DNA of 33,884 nt from Bacteroidales bacterium (GTDB lineage Bacteria > Bacteroidota > Bacteroidia > Bacteroidales > UBA12077), in assembly GCA_028282585.1 (NCBI GenBank), contig JANQHR010000115.1:1-33884 (forward strand). Direction: 5' to 3'. Shown piece after piece: positions 19,336-28,761 of the stretch. The stretch's first letter is position 1. Each line of letters opens with the position of its first letter. Below the pieces are notes generated by a model, which was not told the DNA's origin, made no database searches, and worked only from the letters and a program-made list of their open reading frames with translations. Position numbers and translations under genes: made by a program.

Positions 19336-21723
19336 TCAGGCTAAATCTTTAATTGTATTGGTAGGATTTATGCTTGCATATTTATAAGAAACTATGATTA
19401 CTACTAGTACTCCTGAGCAGAGCACGAGAATACCAGAAATAACAAACACAGAAAAACCAATATCTATTTGATAATGAAAGCTTTTCAACCACTCCTTTAT
19501 CATAAAAAACACAATTGGACATGATATTATAAAAGAGAACAAGATCCATTTTACAAACTTGTTTGCTAATAAAACTAGAATATTTAATCTGGATGCGCCT
19601 ATTACCTTACGAATTCCTATTTCCTTTTTCCTTTTTGAAGCAATGAAAGAAGAAAATGCAATTACACCTAGTAAGGAAATAAAAACTGCAATGAATACAA
19701 ACGTTTTTAGTACATAACCTAATATTCTATCAGATCTATAAAGAAAGTTAATATTATCGGTTATAAAACTAGCTTTGAATGGCCAGTCTGTTGTTATACT
19801 TTTCCAATACTTATTTAATTTTTCAGTTACCTCTTTTATATTTTCCTTTTTTGCTTTAACAATAATATTTGTCTTGCCCCACTCAGATAATCTAAACACC
19901 ATTGGTTCCAAAGAATATTTTAATGATGAAAAATGAATATCATCTATAATTCCAATTACTTTTAGATGATCGCTACCCGTTTGAGTAACTTGATTTATTC
20001 CATTAATTAATATTTCTTGCGAAGTTGTTCCTAGGGCTGTCAAACTTGATTTTGTTAAAATAACAGCTGATGAATCTGATGATAATTCAGGTTTAAAATT
20101 CCTTCCTTCAATAAAATTAGCTTCAATTGTTGATAAAAATCCATACTCTACTAAAGTATAACCTAACTGTACCGCATCCTGTCTGTTTTTTTCTTTAGGA
20201 AAAAACTTCAAGCACATACTATAACCATTTGGAGGAATGTCATAACCCCCGCTTATTTTCTCTATTTCTGGTAAATTATTGGCCTCCTCTAGAATAATAT
20301 TATAGCGATTGATCATATTTTTGTCATATGGATTTTCTACATGAATTAAACCATAGTGATTAAATCCAAGTTCCTTTTTATCCAAGTACTCAATTTGCAT
20401 TAGTACCAAAACAGTGCTAATTATAAGAGAAATTGCTATTGTAAATTGTAAAATTATAGGTAAGTGCTTTAAATAATAATTAAAATGTTTTATAGAATTA
20501 TCACTTTCTTTATTTAAACTTACCACGGGTTGATTTGATAAAACATAAGATGGATAAAATCCTGATCCAAAAGTTAATAATACAGCTAAAATAAATAAAT
20601 AAATTAAGTTATTAGTCCATGAAAAGTTAATGTCTAAGTTTGTGATGTGTTTAAAGTAATTGCCTCCAAATTGTATTAAGATTATTGATAAAATAGAAGC
20701 CACCAAAACAATCAAAAATGTTTCAACAAGAAATTGAGTTAATATATTAATTTTCTGAGCTCCTAAAGATTTTCTTAAACCAATTTCTCTTTTCCGGTTT
20801 ATATAATTTGAAAGCGATAAATTAATAAAGTTAAAACATGCCAATGCGATTATTATTATAGCTATAATAGAAAATCCATATACATTTACAATATTCCCTT
20901 TTTTAATTATATCTTTTTTTATGTGAGCTGATTTGAGATGGGCATTTTCAAATTTATCTAACTTAAAATCCATAACTGATGATACATAGTCACCTCTATG
21001 CTTTTGAATAAATTCGGGGAATTTATTTTGAATATTTGCTGCATTATTCTTTTCATTTAATAAAAGATAAAAATATGCATATGCATAATTCCAATTATCC
21101 AGAATACAATTATCAATTATTTTCAGCGAAGAAATTGATCCAATATAATCAAAATCAAAACTTGATGCTTCCGGAATATTATTAAATACGCCTTTTATAA
21201 CAAAATCATGAACATTATTAATAGTAACTGTTTGGTTGATCGGATTATTTGATCCGAAAAGCTTCTCAGCAGTTTTTTGTGAAATAATTAGCTGGTTTGG
21301 ATTGGATAAAACTTCTGTAGGATCTCCACTTATTAAACTAAAGCTGAACATTTTAAAAAATGTATCATCAGCGAGAAAAATCCGGTCTTCAAAAAAATTA
21401 TTATCTCCTTTTTTAATTACGCAGTTATCCCACGGATAAACTCTACAAACATCATCAATCCCAGGAAATTCTTTTAATAACAGATCATAATATTTAGCTG
21501 GATGATTTACATATTCTTCTTTAGTTTCTTTCGTAACTCCAATAAGCCTATATATATTATCATAATTTTTATGAAACTTATCAAATTTTATTTCGGCTAA
21601 TACATATGTTACTATGATTGTACATGTTGCAGCAGCTAAAGCCAAACCAATTAAATTAATTAAAAACGTAGTTTTATTCTTTAAAATTGATCTAAAAGCC
21701 GTTATAACATAATTATGTAGCAT
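19336..21723 (-). CDS. MacB/FtsX-family ABC permease, last gene of the RiPP-like operon
   Basis: 795 aa; INLIGLAL; RKREIGLRKSLGA; RKKEIGIRKVIGAS; C-terminal INP; 15 nt from the upstream exporter gene. Confidence 0.9.
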   Translation of the reverse strand: MLHNYVITAFRSILKNKTTFLINLIGLALAAATCTIIVTYVLAEIKFDKFHKNYDNIYRLIGVTKETKEEYVNHPAKYYDLLLKEFPGIDDVCRVYPWDNCVIKKGDNNFFEDRIFLADDTFFKMFSFSLISGDPTEVLSNPNQLIISQKTAEKLFGSNNPINQTVTINNVHDFVIKGVFNNIPEASSFDFDYIGSISSLKIIDNCILDNWNYAYAYFYLLLNEKNNAANIQNKFPEFIQKHRGDYVSSVMDFKLDKFENAHLKSAHIKKDIIKKGNIVNVYGFSIIAIIIIALACFNFINLSLSNYINRKREIGLRKSLGAQKINILTQFLVETFLIVLVASILSIILIQFGGNYFKHITNLDINFSWTNNLIYLFILAVLLTFGSGFYPSYVLSNQPVVSLNKESDNSIKHFNYYLKHLPIILQFTIAISLIISTVLVLMQIEYLDKKELGFNHYGLIHVENPYDKNMINRYNIILEEANNLPEIEKISGGYDIPPNGYSMCLKFFPKEKNRQDAVQLGYTLVEYGFLSTIEANFIEGRNFKPELSSDSSAVILTKSSLTALGTTSQEILINGINQVTQTGSDHLKVIGIIDDIHFSSLKYSLEPMVFRLSEWGKTNIIVKAKKENIKEVTEKLNKYWKSITTDWPFKASFITDNINFLYRSDRILGYVLKTFVFIAVFISLLGVIAFSSFIASKRKKEIGIRKVIGASRLNILVLLANKFVKWILFSFIISCPIVFFMIKEWLKSFHYQIDIGFSVFVISGILVLCSGVLVVIIVSYKYASINPTNTIKDLA

Positions 21724-21738
21724 AAATTTGAAATATTG

Positions 21739-23349
21739 TTAGATTGTAATTACTTTATCTGCGTTTGAAAACGAACTTTTACGATGCGTAACGAAAATTG
21801 TGATTTTATTTTTCCTTATCTCCCTAAGGGCTTTAAAAATTCTTCTTTCCGTTTCCTCATCAATTTCCGATGTCATTTCATCAATAAGTAAAATTGCCGG
21901 ATCTGTTACAATTGCCCTTGCAATTGCTAATCGTTGTTTCTCTCCCCCAGAAATACTTCCATTAAATGCACCCAGATCAGTATCATATCCATTTGGCATT
22001 TTTTCAACCACATCTTTTAATTGCATATTATTTATTACAGAAACAATATCTTCATTATTTACTTTTCTGTCTAATTTTATGTTATTCCATAAGGTATCAG
22101 AAAAGATTAATGCATTTTGAGGAATTAGTACAATTTGTTTATTATTACCTGTTTCCGGATCCAAATGAAACTCAATATCTCCACTTTCAGCTACAAGTAA
22201 ACCAGATAAGATTTTTAACAATGTACTCTTACCATAACCGGATGGAGAATTGATACATGTAAAGTCTTTTAGCTGAACATCCATTTTATAATCTTTAAAG
22301 ATTTTCTCATTATTATCGTATCCAAAATTCAAGTTATTAATAACTAGTCTGTTTACCTTTTTATTTGTAATAACTTTCGGTAAATCCTTCCTGGATGAAG
22401 AATCCATATTTTCTATCTCCTTGATCCTGTTATAAGCCACAAAAATAGACTGAACCTGTTGATTAATTCCCATTAATCCCTCTAGTGGTGATATAACATA
22501 ACCTAAGAAACTATTTAGTGCAATTAGTTCTCCTATTGACAACTTTCCATTAATAACAAGATATCCGCCATACCATAGTATTGATATAGTTCCCAAAGAT
22601 GCAATACTATTTCCAATAATACTGCTTAATGAAATTAACCTAATATTTTTCATGAAAACATTTATAGCATTACTCCATGTAATATCTATTTGATTAACTT
22701 TTAAAGATTCAATAAATAAAGTTTTTACCTCAACAATCCTTGAAACGGTTTCATCTAATAAACCACTAAGTTTTGCATTTGCCTCTCTTGATTGTTCATT
22801 TCTTTCCCTTATTTTTGGGTTTAGATACTTAATTACAATTACATAAAAAGGTATCAAAACAGTAACAACAATACCTAACTCAACACTGAAATAATAGGTA
22901 AATCCTATTCCAACAACAAAAAGTAAAAGGTTTGTAAGCATTTGAACCATATTTTCAAATGCATCACCTAAATCAAATGCATCACTAAGAATTCTACTAA
23001 ACCAATATCCTGATTGATTTTTTTGTATTTCTTGATAATCAGACCTTAATAACTTACCGAAAGCATTTAAACCCAGCTTCCATGAAATTTTCTGGGAAAG
23101 AAGCGAAGAAAAAATGGTTCTTATAAAATCCATTAGTTGGCCGAATATAAGTATTCCAATAAGCACAAGACCAAGAACATTTAACATACTTAAATCTTCT
23201 GCTGGTATAATCGAATCAATAAAGTACTTTGTAAATAAAGGCATTGGTATTTCTAATAAAACAGAAGCCAGAATCGCAAATAAGCTTATTAAACTAATCT
23301 TAGGAAAAATCTTAAATGCGATATTATATAAAATTTTAGCCTTATTCAT
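21739..23349 (-). CDS. ABC exporter (TMD + NBD) without a C39 peptidase domain
   Basis: N-terminal ABC membrane domain; Walker A SPSGYGKS; signature ISGGEKQR; Walker B LLIDE; H-loop VTHR; only 536 aa. Confidence 0.92.
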   Translation of the reverse strand: MNKAKILYNIAFKIFPKISLISLFAILASVLLEIPMPLFTKYFIDSIIPAEDLSMLNVLGLVLIGILIFGQLMDFIRTIFSSLLSQKISWKLGLNAFGKLLRSDYQEIQKNQSGYWFSRILSDAFDLGDAFENMVQMLTNLLLFVVGIGFTYYFSVELGIVVTVLIPFYVIVIKYLNPKIRERNEQSREANAKLSGLLDETVSRIVEVKTLFIESLKVNQIDITWSNAINVFMKNIRLISLSSIIGNSIASLGTISILWYGGYLVINGKLSIGELIALNSFLGYVISPLEGLMGINQQVQSIFVAYNRIKEIENMDSSSRKDLPKVITNKKVNRLVINNLNFGYDNNEKIFKDYKMDVQLKDFTCINSPSGYGKSTLLKILSGLLVAESGDIEFHLDPETGNNKQIVLIPQNALIFSDTLWNNIKLDRKVNNEDIVSVINNMQLKDVVEKMPNGYDTDLGAFNGSISGGEKQRLAIARAIVTDPAILLIDEMTSEIDEETERRIFKALREIRKNKITIFVTHRKSSFSNADKVITI

Positions 23350-23364
23350 TGATTACTGTTTTAA

Positions 23365-25752
23365 TTAATCGATTTTTCTTTTAATATTAAACACAAATTG
23401 TTCTTCTATTTTATTTAAAATCATATCATGTATTTCCTTAACCTCAACATAATCGTTGGTAGGAACTAAATCAGTTTTTCGATTATATTTAATGTTTATA
23501 AATATCTTGCTTCCTGTTTTCTTGACGTGATATGAAAAATCAACATATTTATTTGAAACGGATTCATTCGTTGCCATAAAAAGAACATCATAACTTTCGG
23601 GATAACTTATATTAATTTCATACTCCTTTAGTGCCGTAGTTTGATAATAAATTGGATATATTCTTTCTTTAGAAGATGTTTCATCAAACGAAAAGAAAAG
23701 GGTGGGAACCTTAAAAATATATAAGGTATTATTTATATTTTGAAGCCAATTATTAACTTCAAAAGTTTCAGACATATCAAATGGCTTATCTTTTTGATTA
23801 AATGATACATTGTATCCGGTTAATTCGGCGCCAGGACAGAACTGATAAAGATCATATTCTACAACTTCCTGAACATCGGATTTTTCGATTTGCTCAAAAA
23901 AATTTTTATAAATAATTCCCATAATGCCCTTATTCTTTAATCTTTTTGATACAAATATTTTATTGTCTTTATTAATGTCAATAGTAATCTCTCTTTTTTC
24001 TAAGTTTTGCTTCGAGCTAATCAGAGGTGTTTTCTTAAAATTGTAATGTTTGGGTTTTATTGTAAATGCTAATCTATTTTGATTTGAAGGGAACAAATAG
24101 TCAAATGAATTATTATTCTTTACCGGATCCAGGAAAAAAGAAGTATCCTGCAATTCAACATAAGCTATACAATGGTTGAAATTAAATGAGGAAAAAGTTG
24201 TATCAACAATTTCTCTTGACGATATATTTAGTAAAGCAGGATAAGCATTTATCCCCAGATGTTTTAAAAATGCTATAAATAGTATGGTTTGATCCTTACA
24301 ATCTCCGAAACCATCATAAAACGTGTTTTGAGCTGAACGCGGAATTATGCTGCCTTTGCCGTATTCTAAAGCTATAAAGTTTATATTCTCATTAACCCAG
24401 TAATATAATTCTTTTACCTTCTCTTTTGGTGAATCGCTCCTTTTGGTTAAAGAATCCACCAATGTTTTCATTTTCGGATCTAGTGTTAAGTTGTTTTCCA
24501 AATATCCAACTACTAATGATTCATGAAGTTTATCCCAAGAAGGAATTAAAGATATCTCAATAAATTTATACCTATGAAAATTGTCAACATAATCCTCTAT
24601 TTTAGCTGGAAATGTATTGTTAAGTTCCCATCTAAATAATGTATCTCCTAAACTAATGTTTTCGGTGAACTTAATCCCGCTTGAATAGCGAATTTTTGCT
24701 TTATTATTTTTCGCTAGTTTTACTTGGTAACTTTGTTTGTTGATAGGAATTTCAGTGTTTAATAAAATATTAAATCCAGGAAAAGATAGTTCATCATAAT
24801 TATTTGTTTCAATCTCATAATCCAAAAATAAAACTGCATTTAGCTCAAGCTGGGGTATAGTAATCCGCATTTCTTTTTCCGAACTATAGTCTCCATACCA
24901 TGGAGAATGAATACTTGTATATGAATCAACCGGCACTTTAAAAATGCTCCCATCTGGTTTATAAATGTTAATTTGATTTATTTTAACCTTTTGGCTTAAA
25001 GCATTATAATTAATTACTAAAGTAGAATTAATGTCTTTTCCTTCATTGCTGATTATTTTAATTAGTCTATTTACAGCATGAACTACATTTTTACTATTGG
25101 TAATATTCCAAGTTTCATTATTTTCAATTATATAAGAATGATAATCAGCATATTGATAATTAGCAGTATCAATAATATAGCTTGTAAATTTCTCATTTAT
25201 TGAATCATTATTTTGGAAAGTGAACGTCTCTTTAGACCCCGTTTTTTTTGAGTATAAGTATTTATCCAGATTTTGGGCTGAAGTTAAAGGTTTATCATAA
25301 TCAGTATATAAGAATTTTGATGTTTCTTTATAATTTATTTTTTTACTCAAAGCCTTAAGATAATAACTACTAAAGTTTCGATATTTTTCACTTTCGTTCA
25401 ATTCATAAATAAGATTTATACATTGATGAAAATTATTATTGTAAAAATACCAAAGGAATAATATTCTTTTTTCCTCAATTGTTAATCGATCTACATCTTC
25501 AATATTTCCAATGGTTTCAACAGCCTTTTGATTGTGATTAAGAAGTGAATAAATCTCTGATTTTAAATGCAAAGCATTATCCGAAGAATCATTTCTTAAA
25601 ATACTTTCGTAACTTATAAGTTTGTCCTCAATCTCATTTAGAAAAACTCTAATCTCTTGATAGGATTTTGGGTCCTTTGTCGGTTCACTGCTTAAAACAC
25701 CGAAATAAATAAAAGTTACAGTTAGGATTAAAAATGCCTTTCTTAAAAGCAT
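23365..25752 (-). CDS. Secreted DUF3857/transglutaminase-like protein
   Basis: Signal peptide; helical N-terminal region; LYYWVNENI.F; GDCKDQ (Cys); FNHCIAYV (His); FFLDP (Asp). Confidence 0.85.
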   Translation of the reverse strand: MLLRKAFLILTVTFIYFGVLSSEPTKDPKSYQEIRVFLNEIEDKLISYESILRNDSSDNALHLKSEIYSLLNHNQKAVETIGNIEDVDRLTIEEKRILFLWYFYNNNFHQCINLIYELNESEKYRNFSSYYLKALSKKINYKETSKFLYTDYDKPLTSAQNLDKYLYSKKTGSKETFTFQNNDSINEKFTSYIIDTANYQYADYHSYIIENNETWNITNSKNVVHAVNRLIKIISNEGKDINSTLVINYNALSQKVKINQINIYKPDGSIFKVPVDSYTSIHSPWYGDYSSEKEMRITIPQLELNAVLFLDYEIETNNYDELSFPGFNILLNTEIPINKQSYQVKLAKNNKAKIRYSSGIKFTENISLGDTLFRWELNNTFPAKIEDYVDNFHRYKFIEISLIPSWDKLHESLVVGYLENNLTLDPKMKTLVDSLTKRSDSPKEKVKELYYWVNENINFIALEYGKGSIIPRSAQNTFYDGFGDCKDQTILFIAFLKHLGINAYPALLNISSREIVDTTFSSFNFNHCIAYVELQDTSFFLDPVKNNNSFDYLFPSNQNRLAFTIKPKHYNFKKTPLISSKQNLEKREITIDINKDNKIFVSKRLKNKGIMGIIYKNFFEQIEKSDVQEVVEYDLYQFCPGAELTGYNVSFNQKDKPFDMSETFEVNNWLQNINNTLYIFKVPTLFFSFDETSSKERIYPIYYQTTALKEYEINISYPESYDVLFMATNESVSNKYVDFSYHVKKTGSKIFINIKYNRKTDLVPTNDYVEVKEIHDMILNKIEEQFVFNIKRKID

Positions 25753-25764
25753 AATTATTAATAT

Positions 25765-27171
25765 TTAATTAAACATTAGCTCTAAAGACTCTTGAAGCTT
25801 TTCCCAGTTTTCCCTGTTATCTCTAATCTTTGTAATCTTAATTATAAAATCTTTGACCTGTTCTCTAGTTCTATTACAGAAATAATTGTAATTAACAGGT
25901 AATTTATAATTGTTATTTAGTATTTCAATTGCCGGACAAAATCCGCAAAGCCCAACAGCATAACATGAAGAACATTCTTCCTTTTTATCTTTTCTAAGAA
26001 AATCTAATTTTTTCTCTTCTTTTGCAATTTTTTCCTCTAGATCATTGTCTGTGATGTTGCCAATAAAAAAATCTTTGTTTTTATTATCTGCTAACAAATA
26101 ACAAGGATAAATATCTCCATTTGGGGCTATAGTAAATGCTTCAGAACCTATTGAGCATATTTGCGATGAAATATTTTCATTTAAAAACCTACTAAACATG
26201 ATTCTAAGTTCATTATTATATACAGGTTCTCCTTTTATTAGTCTTTCCCAGTACTCATTTTGCAACCTTTTATAACTTTCATCTCCTACTTTATAATTCG
26301 GGACGTATTTATTATTTTCTCTTATTCCCTGAACAGGTAGTATTACTCCATTTTTTATTCCTGTTTCTCTTTCTATTATATCCTTTACATCTTTTGCTTC
26401 TAATCCGTTTTTTTCATGTACATCTGAAAAAGTACACTCATAACAGAGGCTTTCTTCGGGCAGGTTCTCAGAAAGTACCTTAAGGTTTTTTATAATGGTA
26501 TTGAAAGTTCCTTTCCCGTTTTTATATATTCTAAGTGAATCATTTATATTTTTATCACCATCAATACTAACACTTACTCCAAAGTTATATTCTTTAATTA
26601 TGTTTAAAATTCGATCATTCAGTATGGTCCCATTTGTAACTAAAGAATAATGAGGTTCATTTTCTACCTCTCCGGAAATTACTAAGGATTCGAATTTTTT
26701 AACAACAAATTCAATCACATCAATATTTAATAGAGCTTCTCCCCCAAAAAACATTATTCTTTCAACTCCATCATATTTACTTAAAAAATAATTGATCGTT
26801 CTATTTGCAATTTCAATTGGCATATTACTTGAAGGATAATTAAACGAACCTTCAACAGCATAACAATACTTACAATTTAAATTACATGCTGAACTTGCTA
26901 ATATTGTTAATCTGCCTAAAGTATTTGAGGTAGGGTTAAATGGTATTTCTTGTTCGAAAAATGAATCTGGAATACTTTCTATAAATGAATCAATTTCTTG
27001 TATTGAAATACCCTTCGAAAGAACTTCTTTATAAGTTCTCTTTCCTTGCATATAATCAATTATAGGTAGTTTTGTTATATCTATTTTTACAACAGAAAAT
27101 GTTGGATAGTGAAATAAGATATTTGTATCACTATTATAATCGAAAATAGCAATATTCTGTAGTTTTTTCAT
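25765..27171 (-). CDS. Radical SAM/SPASM peptide maturase 2
   Basis: CNLNCKYC; FFGGEALL; VTNGT; VSIDG; SPASM CSIG..NGDIYPC..CSSCYAVGLCGFC..FC; ~80-aa N-terminal RRE-like extension. Confidence 0.92.
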   Translation of the reverse strand: MKKLQNIAIFDYNSDTNILFHYPTFSVVKIDITKLPIIDYMQGKRTYKEVLSKGISIQEIDSFIESIPDSFFEQEIPFNPTSNTLGRLTILASSACNLNCKYCYAVEGSFNYPSSNMPIEIANRTINYFLSKYDGVERIMFFGGEALLNIDVIEFVVKKFESLVISGEVENEPHYSLVTNGTILNDRILNIIKEYNFGVSVSIDGDKNINDSLRIYKNGKGTFNTIIKNLKVLSENLPEESLCYECTFSDVHEKNGLEAKDVKDIIERETGIKNGVILPVQGIRENNKYVPNYKVGDESYKRLQNEYWERLIKGEPVYNNELRIMFSRFLNENISSQICSIGSEAFTIAPNGDIYPCYLLADNKNKDFFIGNITDNDLEEKIAKEEKKLDFLRKDKKEECSSCYAVGLCGFCPAIEILNNNYKLPVNYNYFCNRTREQVKDFIIKITKIRDNRENWEKLQESLELMFN

Positions 27172-27193
27172 AGTTAATAAAATTCAGTCAGTT

Positions 27194-28612
27194 TTAGGAA
27201 AAGGTAAGTTCAATAGATTTTTGCATGTTTTCCCATTTTTCCTCATCCTCTCTATTTTTAGCCATTCTAACGACAAAGTATTCTGCATTTTTTCTTGCTC
27301 TTGTGCAGTAGTCATCAAAATGTTCCGGAATTTCAAATCCATTACTTGCAATTTCCATTGCAGGACAAAATCCACACAAGCCTATTGCATAGCAATCCAG
27401 GCATCGTGAACTTTCTGATTTTCTAAGTATTTGTAATTTCTTTTTAAACTGTTCTATGCTTTTCTTAACACTTTCAGGTTCCTCTTTGATATTACCTATT
27501 TTCAGATTATCTAGTTTAGCGTCTGTTAACATATGACAAGGAAATAAATCACCATTTGGAGCTATTGTAAATGATTCATATCCGATGGAACATATATATT
27601 TTGGTATTCTTCTTTCAATAAATCGATTAATTAGTGCTGTAAATTCAGAATCTTCTATTTTTTCTCCTTTTTCAAGCTTATTCCAATTATTTTCTTTCAA
27701 GTCTCTATATTCCGAATCGCCAATATCGTATTTTGGAGTATAATCATTTTTCCCTTCAACTCCTTTTACAGGCATTATGACACCACTCTTTATTCCTGTT
27801 AACTCTTCAATGGTATCTAAAACACTTTGCACAGTAATTCCCATTTCTTCATGTAAATTGGTATATGTTGCTTCATAACTAACACCTCCTTCCGGTAAAA
27901 TGGTTTGTAGTTTTTTTATGTTTTTTATGATGGTATCAAAAGTTCCCTTTCCATTCTTATATATTCTGAGCTTATCATTTATAAGTTTATCTCCATCAAT
28001 ACTAACGGTTACTCCAATTTGATGTTTTTCAATAACTTCCAAAGCTTCCTTGCTTAATAACGTTCCATTAGTAACCAAAGAATAATTTGGTATTTTATTT
28101 ATAACATTCCTTTCTAACAGCTTTTCAAACTCAGTACATATAAACTCAACAACTTCAAGGTTTAATAACGTTTCGCCGCCAAAAAACATGACATTCGGAA
28201 TGTTCCCATATCCTTTTGTAAAATACTCTAAAGTGTTTCTTGCTGTTTCCTTCGACATATTCTCAGCAGGATAGTTATAAGATCCTTCATGAGCATAACA
28301 ATATCGGCATTTCAAATTGCATCCTGTTGTTACTAAAAAGGTAATGCGTGTTAATTTATTTTCTAATTTGTCAAAATTATATTCAGTTCCATTAAAAGAA
28401 CCTTTAATTGTATCCTTTAATTCTCGCAATTTTAGTTCTGGAATACTTTCTTTTTTAATTATTTCAGAATCACTTTCACCCTTTAATATTCGTATAATAG
28501 CGCTTTTATAAATCTTTTCTACTTTCAACATATTGTAAGTAGGAAAATGAAATAATAATTCATAATCCTCATCATAATTAAAAAAGACTGTTTTGTTGAA
28601 TTGCATATTCAT
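27194..28612 (-). CDS. Radical SAM/SPASM peptide maturase 1
   Basis: CNLKCRYC; FFGGETLL; VTNGT; VSIDG; SPASM CSIG..NGDLFPC..CLDCYAIGLCGFC..YC; N-terminal RRE-like extension. Confidence 0.92.
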   Translation of the reverse strand: MNMQFNKTVFFNYDEDYELLFHFPTYNMLKVEKIYKSAIIRILKGESDSEIIKKESIPELKLRELKDTIKGSFNGTEYNFDKLENKLTRITFLVTTGCNLKCRYCYAHEGSYNYPAENMSKETARNTLEYFTKGYGNIPNVMFFGGETLLNLEVVEFICTEFEKLLERNVINKIPNYSLVTNGTLLSKEALEVIEKHQIGVTVSIDGDKLINDKLRIYKNGKGTFDTIIKNIKKLQTILPEGGVSYEATYTNLHEEMGITVQSVLDTIEELTGIKSGVIMPVKGVEGKNDYTPKYDIGDSEYRDLKENNWNKLEKGEKIEDSEFTALINRFIERRIPKYICSIGYESFTIAPNGDLFPCHMLTDAKLDNLKIGNIKEEPESVKKSIEQFKKKLQILRKSESSRCLDCYAIGLCGFCPAMEIASNGFEIPEHFDDYCTRARKNAEYFVVRMAKNREDEEKWENMQKSIELTFS

Positions 28613-28687
28613 TTGAAATGTTTCGTAAGAAGATTAGATTAATCCAAAAAAGTCTGGAAATTTGATTTAAAAATTATAAATTTACCC

Positions 28688-28753
28688 TAATAAAAGGGCT
28701 GCCCCTTATTGATCTTCAGATCGTAAATATTTGAGAAATCAATTTGGGACAGC
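28688..28753 (-). terminator. Long stem-loop (terminator/attenuator) between precursor and maturase genes
   Basis: Minus-strand RNA: GCUGUCCC-AA-AUUGAU...AUCAAU-AA-GGGGCAGC followed by CCUUUUAUU, starting 8 nt after the precursor stop. Confidence 0.7.
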
Positions 28754-28761
28754 TTACTTTT

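Noticed and set aside
27184-27375. 63-aa minus-strand ORF as a second precursor
   Set aside because: Overlaps the rSAM 1 C-terminus in another frame and has no precursor-like composition.
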